Assembly (NCBI GenBank): GCA_024679065.1
Contig: JAGIQG010000011.1
Coordinates: 63,922,001 to 63,986,000 of the forward strand
Length of the DNA stretch: 64,000 nt
Reading direction: 5' to 3'
Source of the DNA: Sphyrna mokarran
Taxonomy: Eukaryota
A program made the translations under genes and the position numbers. The notes beneath the pieces were generated by a model. That model worked only from the letters and a program-made list of their open reading frames with translations. It was not told the origin of the DNA and did not search any database. Shown here in pieces: positions 11,595 to 25,380 of the stretch; the stretch's first letter is position 1, and each line of letters starts with the position of its first letter.

Positions 11595-12289
11595 TACAGT
11601 GGGAATCAGGGTGATCTGGGCTGGCCAAGAGAGGGGTGGTGCAGGGGGTCTGCAAGGCCAGTGATAGAGGGTTACAGGGCTGGCCAGCGAACTGGAGTCT
11701 GGCAGTGCAGGTCCACTGCGCATATGCCGATCTCTGCTCTTGCAGATGACTGCATGCGCAATGGCCTGCTATGCTGCCTGCCTTTCGACTGGGAACAGGC
11801 CCCACTCCCTGATTTCCAAGGTAAATCACGCTCAGGCATTCTCTGATGCACAAACTATTGGGGATTCATTCTGGAAATCACACTAACAAATACCAGTGGG
11901 ATTTATTCCCATTTTCCCACAACTAGAATTTTTTTGGGAGAAAAATTTTGTCTTGAAAATTAATGTAGCTGAAGTTTATCAAACACTCTAGGTCGCCTGA
12001 TGTTTTTGTAATTTGTGTGAAATTCTCATTACGTATTCACTCTTTCTGTCTCTCAAAAGATAGAAATGATCGCAATAAATAATTTGCACAGATATGAAAA
12101 CAAATAATTCAATTTACTCATAATTAAATAGTTTACAACAAAAAATATTAGGCAAAAGCTGCACAGTAAATTTAATCAACGACAGGAAAAGTTCTTTCTA
12201 TTTAAAAATAAATCTTGTGATGGAGATATCAGCAAAGCAATGTTTATTTCCCAACAATCACAATGATCAACACCATTAATGATTCCTCA

Positions 12290-13190
12290 GATACTGAAGC
12301 AGTCCATGTCCATACGCAGCAGGACTTGGGCAATATTCAGACTTGGGCTGATGAATGGCAAGTAACATTCATACCACAGAAGAGCTAGGTAATGACCATC
12401 ACCAACAAAAGAGAATGTAACAACCTCCCCATGATAGTCAATGGCATTGCCAGCATTGAATCACTCTTTATCATCAGCCAGAAGCTGAACTGGACAAGCC
12501 ATGTAAAGAGGGTGATCAAACAGCAGGTCAGAGGCTAGGAATCCTGCAGGGGAGCAACTCACTTCTTGACTTCCCAAAGCCTGTCCACCACGTATAAGAC
12601 AGAAGTCAGGAGTGTGATGGAATGCTCTTACCTGCCTGGAGAAGTACAGCTCTGACAACACTCAAGAAGGTCAAACTGATTCAAGACAAAGCAGCCTACT
12701 AGATTACCACCTCATCCACTACCTTTAACATCCAATCCCTGCACCACTGATGCACAGTGGCAACAGAGTGCAGATCTATAAGATGTAATGCAGAAAATCA
12801 CCAAGTCTCCTTTAACAGCACCTTGCAAAATCGTGTCCTCTACTACTCAGAAGGGCAAATGTTGTAAATGCATGGGAACACCACAGGTTCCTGTCCAAGT
12901 CACATACTTTAGAATGATTTAGAATTCCTTCACTTTTTGTTGGGTCAAAATCCTTACTCCTATCCTAACATCACTGTGCGTGTTCTACAACACAAGGGCC
13001 ACAGCAGTTCAAGAAGAAGGCACAGCACCACTTTAGAAGAAGGAATAGAACAGTACAGCACAGTACAGGCCCTTCAGCCCTCGATATTATGTCGAGCTAT
13101 GTCTGAACTCAAGATCAAGCTATCCCATTTTTAATTGCCCTTGTCAAGGGCAATTAAGAATGGCAACAAATGTTGGCCTAGCCAACAATA
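12290..13190 (+). mobile_element. Degenerate CR1-clade LINE, RT end and 3' region, with a short CR1 tail nested at about 13045-13130
   Basis: QQDLGNIQTWADEWQVTF and YKxxVRSVME-like motifs with stops and frameshifts. Confidence 0.75.
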
Positions 13191-13547
13191 TCTATAATTT
13201 ATGATTTTTTAAAAAAAAATTAATTGCCCCAAGTTAAACCACAAAATGTGGGGCTGGAGTCACATAAAAATCAGACTAGTTAGGGTACACAGACTCCCTT
13301 CTATTTACTGAAGCACATTAATAAATCGATTGAGTTTTTAATAACAGTGCAGCAGCTTTCACTTTTTTTTCAGTAGTAGCACACAATTAAGCAGCTTTAT
13401 TGAATTTACTTTAATAATGTATCATTTTGGGATTTGAATTCATGTCCACTGGCTCAATAGTTTAACACAATAATGGTTTGATTATTGTAGACAGCAATCA
13501 TGCTGCGGCAGTGACCCTAATGGGGCCTTTTAAAATTAGAATGACAT

Positions 13548-14567
13548 TGTAGTATCTTCAAAGATGGGTGACCACCAAGTAGATTAACAAGCAAAGGTTT
13601 ATTGGAATGAAAAAAATATAAAAACTACTGAACTCCACAACTCCAGCCTGCTAACTGCAGGAAAAATCACACTCAGCCACAGGATTTGTGCACCTTGTTC
13701 CAATTTGTCAAATGGGTCACATGACCATCTGAGCACTTGCTCTTTAAAGGGGCACATTACTACATCCTTCCCCCTTTAGGTTTCTGATTAACACACGCAA
13801 AAACAATCAAACTATTTACAAGATTTTCACAGTAATTTTGTTGCAGTGTTATTGTGTGCCTACTTGTGACACCAATAAATAAATTTAAAACTTAAATTTA
13901 AACATATTATACACAAATGAACCTCAAACACAGTCCTTGTTAAGGTAAGTCAGTCTGGGGACTTCCACATCTCTTGGGAGTGTTGTAATTCAATTACAGG
14001 AGCTTCACAGTAGAGGTAACTTTGGTTTGAGCTTTAATGGGTTGACTCTCGAGTTGCAAAAGTAAGTCAGTGCAGATTAGTGTTCCAGTTCCCACTGGAA
14101 CAATACTTCTTAGTGTGGCACAGAATCAGGTTCGATTCTGGTCTTGGGTGACAGCATGGAGTTCGTACATTCTCCCTGTGTTTATGTGGGTTTCCTTCAG
14201 GTGCTCTGATTTCCTCCGACAGTCCAAAGATATACATGTTAGGTGGATTGGCCGTAGTGAAATGTATGGGGATGCGGGGATGGAGTGGGCCTGGTAAGAT
14301 GTTCATTTGTTGAGTCTGTGCGAACTCAATCAAATGGCTTCATGCGCACTTCATGGATTCATTGTGGGAATTCCATTGTTCTTCAGGGTAATTTGCTGCA
14401 GTATGACTTTTGTCTGTAGCGGTGTCACTGATAGGACCAGATTCCAGACTCTGAACTGCAAAGAAAATCCACGTTCAGCCCCAGGATTTGCCCACCTCAT
14501 TTCAAATGGCCAACTGGGTCACATGAGCCTCCAAGAACTTACTCCTTAAAAAAGGGCATATACCAGA
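13548..14567 (-). mobile_element. Internally deleted Gypsy-type LTR element: LTR 13548-13764, PPT, integrase tail, degenerate second LTR at about 14410-14567
   Basis: TGTAG...CTACA termini. Minus-strand PPT AAGGGGGAAGGA at 13776-13765. ELQHSQEMWKSPD*LTL resembles the LRRSxRxRKPPDRL integrase tail. The second LTR shares cagccNcaggatttg and tgggtcacatga. Confidence 0.7.
14112..14365 (+). mobile_element. tRNA-SINE nested in the LTR element
   Basis: B-box ggttcgattc and conserved core. Confidence 0.8.
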
Positions 14568-14569
14568 GA

Positions 14570-16330
14570 CACTCTGCTCCTCCATAGTTAGCTTCTGGGA
14601 TTTAGAGGAGCTTAATGAAGTGAAATTTATTTATCCCCACAAGGAATGAATGTTTGCTTTAACGTATGATTGTTCTTTTTGGGATTAGATTACCTTTTTT
14701 CTCAGCAGGCACACAAGTTTCATTGGATTTTTGATGTCTTTTTGGCCAGAAGTGTTAGAGAAGTCTAGACACCCACTCTCAAAACTGGCCGGTGGTTAAT
14801 TTAACAGTATCCGCACTCCTCAATGTCCATCAGGGCTCAGTGTAAGCCACATTCTAGGCTGAATTTAGAGAGTCCTATTTTCTTGCTTGTTCTCCTACAT
14901 GTATACTACTTTCTTGATTTATCTCTGCAACCTTTCACACTTTGCACATTAATTATGCAATATCATTTCTGGATGCTGGATTTGTGAAACAGCATTCCAC
15001 ATTTTGATAACATGGCATAAATAAATTATTTTAATCCCGCGTTTATATATTTAAAACTTAGCTCCATATGTGTCCAATTTACCTACCAATGGGAATGATC
15101 TATATTTAACTGCTTTTTCCTTTTATTCTTTTGAATACCCCATCAAACCCTGCATCAATCTTCCTGTTAAACAGCACATAGTCCTAATTATTCCATCTAT
15201 TTCTCATCATCCAAATGACCCATTCCAATATTATGCTGGTAAATCACATTGATAAACAGAAATGACAAAGAATTCCAAATATGGCCAAAACTTGGTTCTC
15301 CTGACTCCACAAGTAAAGAAAGATTACCCATTTGGATCTCTTCTACCACTGGACTCTTCGTCATTATCTTTCCTACTCAAGCCATTATGAAACTGCAGTT
15401 TATGTACAATAGTATTTTGGATACTCAACTGCTTACTCAAGGAGGAATGCTGCTGGCTTCTTGTGTCTTTGTTGCCTACTCCAAAGAACAGGATAAAACT
15501 GATGAAGGCAAAATCAGAACAAAACATCAGCAGGTAAGTCAGCAAAATGATTGTAACGGTTCATCCACTAGGCAGTTAGAGTTAAAATCACCTCTTTAAC
15601 CTAGATTCCCCATGTACAGGAGATAGATCTATAACATCTTTTTAAAAATTGTGCATCTCTGCACTTCCATTTCCATTACCAGCATGTACTTTTTTTGCAG
15701 TTTATACTGGAACTTGCTTGTCTGGACATCATATAAAATTACATTACTCCTCCAGTCCAGGCACTGTATTATCACCACAGGTTGTAATCACAGTGCAACA
15801 AATTTACAGAAGTTACAATTAGAAATCTGAAATTTATCATAGAAACTTAAAATTGAGGACAGAATTAATTACTTTGAAAAAGGGGCTGAATAACATTTGT
15901 GTTCATTGTCCAATTATTGCTTATCTCTAACCCTATTTTACCTGAATCTTCCATGCACAATACAAAAGTGGTTACAACAGGGATCCCCGAGGAACCCGAA
16001 AAGATGGAGCCATCAACAGCTACATGATCAAGGAATATCTATTTACTATCACACTTTCAGTCTGCCTTGATAATCACAGGTGCTGATTTTTTCTCAACCA
16101 ATTACTGATGCAGCATTTCTCAAATGCTTTTTGGAGATCAATACATCTAATTATATAATACACTTGCCCTGACTGTCAAAAAATTCTATTTAGAAAAGTC
16201 AGCCATGACTTACCCTTCACAATGTTTATTATCTTGGATTAGTCAATAACCTGCTAAGAGTTCATTTGTTTTATCTCAAAGTATACTCCCTAGTTATTCT
16301 ACTAATGATTTAGCATTAGACAGTTGATAG
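14570..16330 (-). mobile_element. Highly decayed CR1 fragments
   Basis: Scattered remnants of CR1 RT motifs (ttagtcaagcatga- and tcaaatgcttttt-like blocks). Confidence 0.4.
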
Positions 16331-16336
16331 TTACTT

Positions 16337-16635
16337 AGAATTATAGAATCCCTACAGTATCAAAGGAGGCCATTTGACCCATTGAGTCTGCACCAACAAT
16401 AATTCCACCCTAGTCCTAAATATGCATCCTGCATGTTTATTCTGCTAATCTCCCTGACACCAAAGGTACATTTAGCAATCAACTTAACCCGCACATCTTT
16501 GAACTGTGGGAGAAAACCAGAGCACCCGAAGGAAAACCACGCAGACATAGGGAGAATGTGCCAACTCCACACAAAGCCAGAATTGAACCCAAGTCCCTGG
16601 TGCTATGAGGCAGCAGTGCTAACTACTGTGTCACC
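16337..16635 (-). mobile_element. tRNA-SINE
   Basis: Same head, core and tail as the other copies. Confidence 0.88.
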
Positions 16636-16809
16636 TCTTTACATATCCTGTTTTCCCTCTCAAAATATAATAGAGATGAAATATTTCCTATGATAATCAG
16701 TTCTTTAGTTTCATTTGTAATGCATTTTGAAAATCAAGATTTGTCCTCCTGCTCCCTTCTGTTAGTGTTCTTGAGTGCATAGACCATTTGGCCTAATTTA
16801 TTTTAATCA

Positions 16810-17312
16810 CCAACTTTTACAAATGCACCATAGAAAGCATTCTTTGTATTTGTATCACAGCTTGGTATGGATCTTACTCTGCCCAAGACTGCAAGAAACT
16901 ACAAAGGGTTATGAATGTAGCCCAATCAATCAGGCAAACTAGTCTCCCATTCATTGACTCTGTCTACACTTCCTGCTGCCTCCATAAAGCAGCCAGCATA
17001 TTTAAGGACCCCATGCACCTCCGACATGCTCTCTTCCACCTTCATCCATTGGGAAAAAGATACAAAAGTCTGAGGTCACATACTAACCAACTCAAGAGCA
17101 GCTTCTTCCCTGCTGTCATCAGATTTCTCAATAGACCTACCTTGCATTAAATTGATCTTTCTCTACACCCTAGCTATAAGTGTAACACTACATTCTGCAC
17201 CCTCTCCTTTCCTTCTCTATGAATAATATGCTTTGTCTGTATAGCGTGCAAAAAACAATACTTATCACTGTACGCTAATACACGTGACAATAATAAATCA
17301 AATCAAATCAAA
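16810..17312 (+). mobile_element. Rex1/Babar- or L2-type LINE 3' fragment with (AAATC)n tail
   Basis: KAASIFKDPMHLRHALFHLHPLGKRYKSL; similar to 58725-59220. Confidence 0.85.
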
Positions 17313-19149
17313 AGTTATCATTACAACTTTGTTACTTGTTAGAATTGTCCAAAAGTGTCACTTTCAATTTCTATCACACTACTTTGTGGTCTATAATGTA
17401 CTCTCACTGCAACACATGTTCAAATATTATTTTTTAGCTCTGGCCTGACAGAATTGATGTGAGCCTACCATGCATAAAACATTTCCTATTCATGACTGAT
17501 TTTATTGTGTAGCTGTGCTGTGCAGATGGGGGAGGAAGGTTGTGCACTTCTCCATGTGAAGCACAATCTTCCATCGAAGGTGGTGCTGCCTTACAAATGG
17601 CAGGAATGTTAAAATGGGATGCAAAAGATGGAATGATATATTGCAACATGTGTCCTGTTATTTGCATGCTATCATCATTAAGCACAAGAGCGCATATGGC
17701 GATGGACAGCAAATAGCAAGCTCACCATTAATTAGTCAGGCCATCTCTCTTTCATTTTTTTCTATTGCTAAACCATCTGAAAAATATAATCAAATATATT
17801 TAGTTCCAGTCCTGCAGATTTTCTATAACTGGTTTTACTATCAGGTCATAGTTATGAGGTTCAGAGGACTTAGAGACACAAGTAAATTAAATCAGTTCCA
17901 AATTAACCGGATTTCAGTGTCAAACACAAATTCAAACCAAGATCCTTCGATCCGATCAATTTAAAATTTATTTATTAGTGTCACAAGTCGGCTTACATCA
18001 ACATTGCAATAAAGTTACCGTGAAATTCTCCCAGTCGCTACACTGCAGCGCCTGAACTTCCTTCTTTTCTGACCACTTCAGGGGGGTCAACTTTTGGGAA
18101 ATAAAATAAACATGGCTGACCATGGGACTGGGATGGTGAAGGAGACAGGTAGAGGGGTGTTAGGGCGATGGGGAGGAGAGGTGGGTTCTTCATACTATTT
18201 CAGGTCTCCTGGCGTTCCTTCTCCACTTTGCAGCTGAGGGCAGGAGCACAATGCTGCCAAGCACAAGCTTGCAGCAAAAACTCCAAATAGTTTCCCAGAT
18301 TGCACCCAAGAAATGCAGCAGAAATAATGGACAAATAGCCTGCTAAGGAGACATAAAATGGGATGGGGGGGTGGTGAGGGGTGGCAAAAGGTTAAATTGC
18401 AGGGCAATCCTATACAAGCACCCTCGACCATTTGCAAATTAATGATTTCAAGTTCTATAGTCTACCACAGTTCACAAAATAATCTATTCAGAAATCTCCT
18501 GCTGTTAACTCCCAGTTGGCCATGAAAAGAGTGAATATGAGGTTTAAATAAGTTAAGTGTACATACTGGCTAAAAGTCTGCCAGCATTTCAGTGATAGCG
18601 AATTCCTGCACAGGTGAAACTCATGCTGCAGACAAATAGAAGTCTTATGAATACAGCTTCAGTACTGCATTACACAAAGTGTGAAAGATTACCCGGTGTA
18701 TCCTAGCCATAAAGAGCAGCCATAAGCCAACCCAACCAAATTACAATAGCATCAGTCTCCTTTAATCACCAGCAAAGTGATAGAATGGGTCATCAACAGT
18801 ACTATCAAGTGGCACTTACTCAGCAGTAACGTTATCACTGACGCTCGGTTTGGATTCTGCCAAGTCTGCTCAGCTCCTGATCTCGTCACAGCCTTGATCC
18901 AAACATGCAAAGAGATGAACCTGATGCTGAGGTTTCAGTACTGGTAATGTCATTAAATATCAAGAGGGGATTGTTAGATTCTCTTATGTTGGAGATAGTT
19001 GTTGCTTGGTGACTGTCAATATTGGGTTACAAGCTGTCTTCATGTCTTTCTTAACTCATATCTGGAAATCAGCTCTTTTGTCCATGTTTGGACTAAGGCT
19101 CGAATGAAATCTGGAGCCAAGTGGCCGTGCTGGTATCCAAATGAACTCC

Positions 19150-21230
19150 TGCATGTGGATTTCTATTTGAGTAATCATCTAATGCCCTATTGATTGCCTC
19201 AGTTGAATCTGCCTTCACCATTCTTCCAGGCAGCGCATTCCAGATCGGAACCACTCATTGTACGAAAAGATATTTTTTTCTCACATCACATTTACTTCTT
19301 TTGCAAATCACATTATATCTGTGCCCTTTCTTTCTTGATCTGTTACGAGGAGGAATAATTTCTCCTCAGTACTCTGTCCAGCTCCCTCATGATTTTGAAA
19401 TCATCAAATCTCCATTTAGCCTTCTTCTCTCCAAGAGAAACTTTCTCGACTTCTCCAATCTATCCTCATGGCTGAAGTTTCTCATTCTGGAATATTCTTG
19501 CAAACCTCTTCTGCATTCTCTCCAATCTTTCCTATAGTGTGGCGCCCAGAACTGTGTACAATTTCCCACTAATTGTAATTAGTGTATTTTATAAGTTCAG
19601 CATAACTTCCTTGCTCTAGTACTCCGTGCTTCTAATAGTAAAGTCCAGAACACTACATGTATAAATAACCGCTCTCTCCAGTTGACCATCAGTGATCCAT
19701 GCACATGTATGCCTTTCTGCTCCTGTACCCCTTCTAGAATTTTGCCATTTGTTTTATATTGTCTCTTCATGTTCTTCTTACCAAAACACATCACCTCACA
19801 TATTTCCATATTTTCTATCATCTGCCACCTATCTGCCCACACCACCAATATTGTCCATTCCCTTTTGAAATTCTATACTTTCCCCTTCACAGTTTAAAAT
19901 ACTTCCAAGATTTGTAATCTTTGAAACTGTGCCCTAGGTCATTAATGTATATCAGAAATATCTAGGTCATTAATGTATATCAGAAAAAGCAATGGTCACA
20001 GTAGCACTAGGGAACACCTTCCTTCAGCTCAAAAAATATCCATTGACCATTACCCTTTGCTTCCCATTACTCATCCTACTTTATATCCACATTGCTACTA
20101 AGCCTTTTATTCCAAGAGTTGTAATTTTCTCACAAGTCTGTTGTTGTGGCACTGTATCAAATGCCATTTGAAAGTCCAAGCACACCAAGTTCACAGCATT
20201 ACCCTCATCAATTCTTTGTTACCTTCTCAAACAACTCCTGCAAATTCATTAAACACAATTTGCCCCTTAGGAATCCATGCTAGCTCTTCCTAATCAATCT
20301 ACAATTTTCCATGTGACTATTAATTCTATCCCAAATAAATGTTTCTGGAAGCTTGCCCATTATTGACATTAACCTGACTGCTGTATAAATACCGAATTAT
20401 CCTTACAGCCTTTTTTGAACAAAAGTGTAATACTTACAGTTTTTCAATTCTCTGGCACCTCCTGAGTGCCCACTTTTCATTTTCACTTTGTTCAACATCC
20501 TTAGATGCATCTCATTGGGTGCTGGTGCCTTGTCAACTTTCAGTACCAACAGTCTGTTCAAAACTTCTTCCTTATCAATTTTGAACCCTTTGAGAGACAG
20601 AGTTTCCTTGTGTCACCATGTCCTGGGTATCATCCAGCTCTTTTGTAAAGACTGATGCAAAATATTCACTTAATACCTCAGCTTTGGTTCCAGCCTCAAT
20701 GTATAAGTTTTCTTTTAGATCCCTAATTGGCACCACACCTCTTTTTACTAGTCTTTTGCTGTTTATATGTTTGCAGAAGGCATTATGATCTCCCTTTATA
20801 TTGGCTACCAGTCTTACTCATAATCCTGCTTCACTTCTCTAATATGCTTCTTGACCTTCCCTCTGATCTTTCTTGGTTCTCAATTGTATTTTCTACCTGA
20901 CAACTCTCATAAGCACAATTTTTTCTTTCTTCTCTTAATTTCTATCTCCTTTTTCATCCAGGGTGCTCTCTTTGCCCTACATTTCCCTTTTAGAGAATAT
21001 ATCTTGACTGTTCCTGAACCATTACTATTTTGAAAGTAGCCCATTAATCAGCTGCAGATTTTCCCACTATCCTTTTGTTCCAGTCTAACCGGCCCAGCTC
21101 CATTCTTGCCCCTTTGAACTTGCCTCTCCTCCAGTTCATTATTCCTACTCTGGATTGTCTATTATCCTTTCCCACCATCATTCTTAACATCACGATACAA
21201 TGATCATTGACTCCTAAATGTTCCCCGTCA
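19150..21230 (-). mobile_element. About 2 kb decayed CR1 ORF2
   Basis: CTQFWAPHYRKD, WADRWQM..CEVMCFGKKN and EHLGVNDHCIV motifs in collinear order. 25-bp tandem duplication at 19934-19986. Confidence 0.85.
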
Positions 21231-23514
21231 TTTAAGCTTCTGGTTACACTACCTGGCTGATGGCTCAAATGTACCATTTTAGACCTCTGTTTAAATCAGA
21301 AGCCATTTTCCTCTTTGCCATTCTGACCAAACAAGAAAGTATTAATGTGTTAGAGTAAAAGGAATAATAGTTTTCCTTTGCCCTTTTTTCTTGTTGCTTT
21401 TGAATAACATGCAACAAGGCAAAGCAGCGAAGAAGAATAAATTGTAATTTTACAGCACAAATTGCAAAACACTATTTGTCCTGGTCTTTTACTGCTCCAT
21501 GTCTTGTTATCAATACAGAGCTACCATGTGAAGAATAATGTGATGACAAGAATATTCACATTTAAGAACTAAAATATAATGGGCATGATTTTCCTCCAAT
21601 TTGTGCCTGGGGAGTAATCAGTTCCTTGGTGCAAAGTAGAGGAATAAATAGAGGAGAATCATGATGCCTGTTGCATTGAAAAGTAATCAGTAGTAGATTT
21701 AAAAAGAATGTGACTCCAGGTCCTTATTAATCTCACTCGTGCTGGCAGACTCTATCATTCACTCATGTAAAGTTGTTCATTATCAGTCTGATTATAGGGG
21801 AGGAGATTGAGGGTATAGAAGAACTGTAGTATGGTCCCTTTCGACCTGTATCTGCCTTCAACCTCTGCAGCTGGTATACCATCATACTGCAATAAAATTA
21901 GAATCCTTTCTTGCTCTGTCTTGTGAGGGCCCTCTGCCTTTCCTATTTAGGATATGCAATGTTAAGCCCTACTGAATGCAGATATAATCAAGCACATGAT
22001 TAATTGTCAAATATTTGGAATTAATTGATACCCCTTCAACAAACATTCATTGTCTTCACCACCTACGAATAGTGGCAGCAGTGTGCAGTAACTTACTATT
22101 TCTTTTTAGGCAACAAGTTTTAAAATCAACAGTGCTCTCATAAAACATTTAAAATATCGAACATCAAAAAAAGTTAACCATTTAACATTTATAAAGATTA
22201 TAAAACAAAAGGCAGACTCAATCACAAACTGTTTCTAATTTTAAACAAATAATTTAATTCAATCTTTTTAAAAATAACCAAAGATCCTGCTTGTTTTGCC
22301 TGCCGCAGCCGAGTGCCCAAGATTAGGGGCCTTCCTTGCGTATAAAAATATTGGCCCTTAGAAGAAAATACTGGAAGGTTGTTAATGTCTGTGGAACAGT
22401 ACCTCTGTATGAGTCAGCATTATAAGAGGAGGAACTGAAAAATTGATAATGCGTATCAGAGGTTAGAGTTATCCTTTACATATGTCTTGTCTTAAAGGGT
22501 TTGGAACTGATAAAGGTCTTGGCATTGCAGTACAAGAAGGAAAATAGGAGAGTCTCTAAAGCATATATTTAATGGGAAGAGTATTACCTATCATGTTTCG
22601 GAAGTGAAAGGAAGAGATTTTAATGTTACAGGGGACCTAATTTGATGAATAAAGTTAAAAGTTGCAATGTGCATGGCAATTAACGATTCCCATTGATCAA
22701 ACCATGGCGGAATTGATCTCCTAAGGAGTTTTTCTAACCCTGTAGGATTTTAATTTCCCAGTGTGTTTGAGATTCCCGTATTTGTTGATTATAATTTCCA
22801 AATATTTTCATTTATAGGGTGGAATGCTGAATTAAGTTTGAGATTATTACCACGAGCTTCTTTTTGGAACTTGACTTTTTTTTAAAAAAAGTTAAGATTA
22901 CAAAGAGCACCATGAGAGCAGATGTTTGTTTTTTTTTGTACAGTTTGACTGTCATCAGTTTGCTTTAGGTTTATGACATCTAACATTGTTTTTATAAGAT
23001 CACATTCATCACAATGATTTTAGTAAAATCATTGTACAGTTAATGGATTTTTTATTAATTAGCTGCAATATTGTAAATATGCTTGGACTTGCCTTGAATA
23101 AGTGATATTTAGTGACCATAGCAGACGACAGTTGATGAGGATTTCAGCATAGAGGTTATATATGCTGGGTCAAAATAAAAAAAAATTAGAATGCAATAGA
23201 AAAGTGTTTCATACTGCAAGAGATAATTTTATGATTCTTTTTTAATGAATATTCTTTGGGCTTTTACAAATATATACTAACAAAATTTATTTTACCATAT
23301 TTTAAGCCTCTGACAAGATAGACATTGTAAGATGCTTTGAAAGAAAAATAAATCTACACTATTATGTTTGGAATAGTTTTTTTAAAAAATAAAAAATATC
23401 ATTTGGTCTTGTGGCTTCATTTTGTTCTAGGTATAAATAGGTATGAGAGGTTGACATAAACATTGATTTAAAAAAAAATGACCAAACTGAAGAAAAGAAG
23501 ATGATGAATTTAAA

Positions 23515-23665
23515 TATAGGATCACCACAGTGCAGAAAGAGGCATTCTGACATCGAGCCTACACTGGCGACAATCCCACCTAGACTGTATCCCATTAACA
23601 CCCCTGCTAATCCTGCTAATCCCTCTGACACTAAGGGGCTGTTTACCATGGCCAATCAACCCAAG
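23515..23665 (-). mobile_element. tRNA-SINE 3' part
   Basis: cagtgcagaaagaggc...gacactaagggg...ggccaatcaacc block. Confidence 0.75.
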
Positions 23666-24747
23666 AATCTCATTCAGGTGCAATTGCCCAAGTTCCTCTC
23701 AACATCGATCTCGATGCTGTTGACAGAGGGTATTTCACATTCTCAAGAGGTGAGAACATCCCTCTTCATTGAAGATTCACCATTTTAAGTCAACAACCAA
23801 GGCCACTGAATGCATTGACTAATAGGGTATCAATTGCCAAGTGGATCTTACCATCTCTGTTTGCATTCAAAGACCCAAATCTTCATTGTTCATTTGGAGA
23901 TGAATAGTCTTCTCTACACCATCACACCAAATAGCTTCATTGACAGCAATTTTGAAGCAGGTGATATAAAAGTTTGAAAAGATTTATACTATTTTGTTTT
24001 CCCTGGGAATACACAAATGTGCAAATGATGCTGCAGAAATCAAAGAGAATCCAGTTAAAAGTGATAACTGGACAAAACTGCTCTTATAAATAGTGGGAGG
24101 TGTTGAAAATATAATTTAGCCTCACACAGGACTAGTATAAAGCCCTTACAGTGAAGAGTTCTACATAGGAAATAAAACATCCACGATCAAAAAGGAAGTG
24201 AGAGATAACATAAAGCTAAATGAAAAAGCATGCAAAACTGAAAAGAATTATGTAGATCTAAGGTAATGGAAGGAATATATAAAAAAAGCAAAGAACAAAA
24301 TAAATACATTAAGAAGTGCAGAAAGTAATATGAAAAGAAACTTCTGACAGATATCAAGATTAACACAAAAAGATTTCATAATTTTAAGGAAAAAAGGGTT
24401 GGCAAATGTAATATAGGCCTTATTTGACCATATCAGACACATCCTACTTGGGTAATATTGTAAATAAAAATAAAAATACATGGGCAGAGAAGGAGAAACT
24501 CACTAAATTTAAAAGTAGCAAGAAAAAAATTAGAAAAAAGTAATACTTCAAAAGACTAACAAATCACCAAGACCTGATGATTTCCACCATGAGGTTTTAA
24601 AGGAGAGAGGTGAGAAAATTACAGATTCATTAACCAGAATTTTCCTAAACTCTCTCAATTCAGAAGGTGCCCTTTAAGATTGGTGAAATTAAAATTTAAC
24701 TCCATTATTTAAGAAAATTGAGGGACAGCAAAACCAAGTCATGATAG

Positions 24748-24845
24748 AAATAAAAGCAGAAAATGCTGGAAAATCTCAGCAGGTCTGACAGCATCTATGG
24801 AGAGGGAATAGAGCTAACATTTCAAGTCTGGCTGACTCTAGCAAG
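24748..24845. mobile_element. Penelope-derived element, family B (one arm)
   Basis: aaaagcagaaaatgctggaaaatctcagcaggtctgacagcatct, shared with copies at 46481 and 59485. Confidence 0.7.
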
Positions 24846-25214
24846 ACCTAATAGGCTAGTTAACCTAACATCTGTCGTGAAAAGGTTATTGAATCTATAT
24901 TAAAGATGAAGGATGCGATCTTACATGCCATTCACACCATGTTCTTGCTGTAGTGAGCATGGAGAATTTAGCTCCCAGTCAAATCTCACTGCAGTGGGCT
25001 GGGAAAATCCCATCACTGTGAATGGTGGTAACATTCCAGCCAAAGTATTTAAATACTTAGAGAAATCTCGGAAAATCAAAGAGAGGCAAATAAACTAATA
25101 AAGAATAAGATCATAGTCTAATAAGCCTAATTTAAATTTTTGAGGAAGTAACATAATTATTTTGTTAGCAGTTTGTATATACTTCCAAAGACATTCATTA
25201 TGATTCCACTTCCA

Positions 25215-25380
25215 CGGTTCAATTCCCGCATCGGCTGAGATTCTTATGGAAAGCCTGCCTCCTCATCTTTGCCCTTGCGTGAGGTGTAGTGATCCTCAGG
25301 TTACTTTACCACCAATCAGCTCTCCCCCACCAAAGGGGAGAGCATCCTATGGCCACCTGGGACTATGGTGATTTACCTTA
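25215..25380 (+). mobile_element. Second type of tRNA-derived SINE (5' truncated)
   Basis: B-box ggttcaattccc followed by an unrelated body ending gggactatggtgatttacctt. Confidence 0.6.

Larger units (their letters stand above)
10687..11953 (+). mobile_element. Same DNA-transposon family, right copy
   Basis: Ends tagaatttttttgggagaaaaattttgtc, the reverse complement of the 9412 terminus. Internal blocks are shared with the other copies. Confidence 0.65.

Noticed and set aside
10532-11853. Several 90-144 aa ORFs (Pro-, Gly- and Trp-rich)
   Set aside because: Artefacts of the minisatellite, poly-G and GC-rich transposon sequence.
22260-22900. Possible viral or pseudogene relic
   Set aside because: The frames I read are broken by stops and contain no motif I could recognise.
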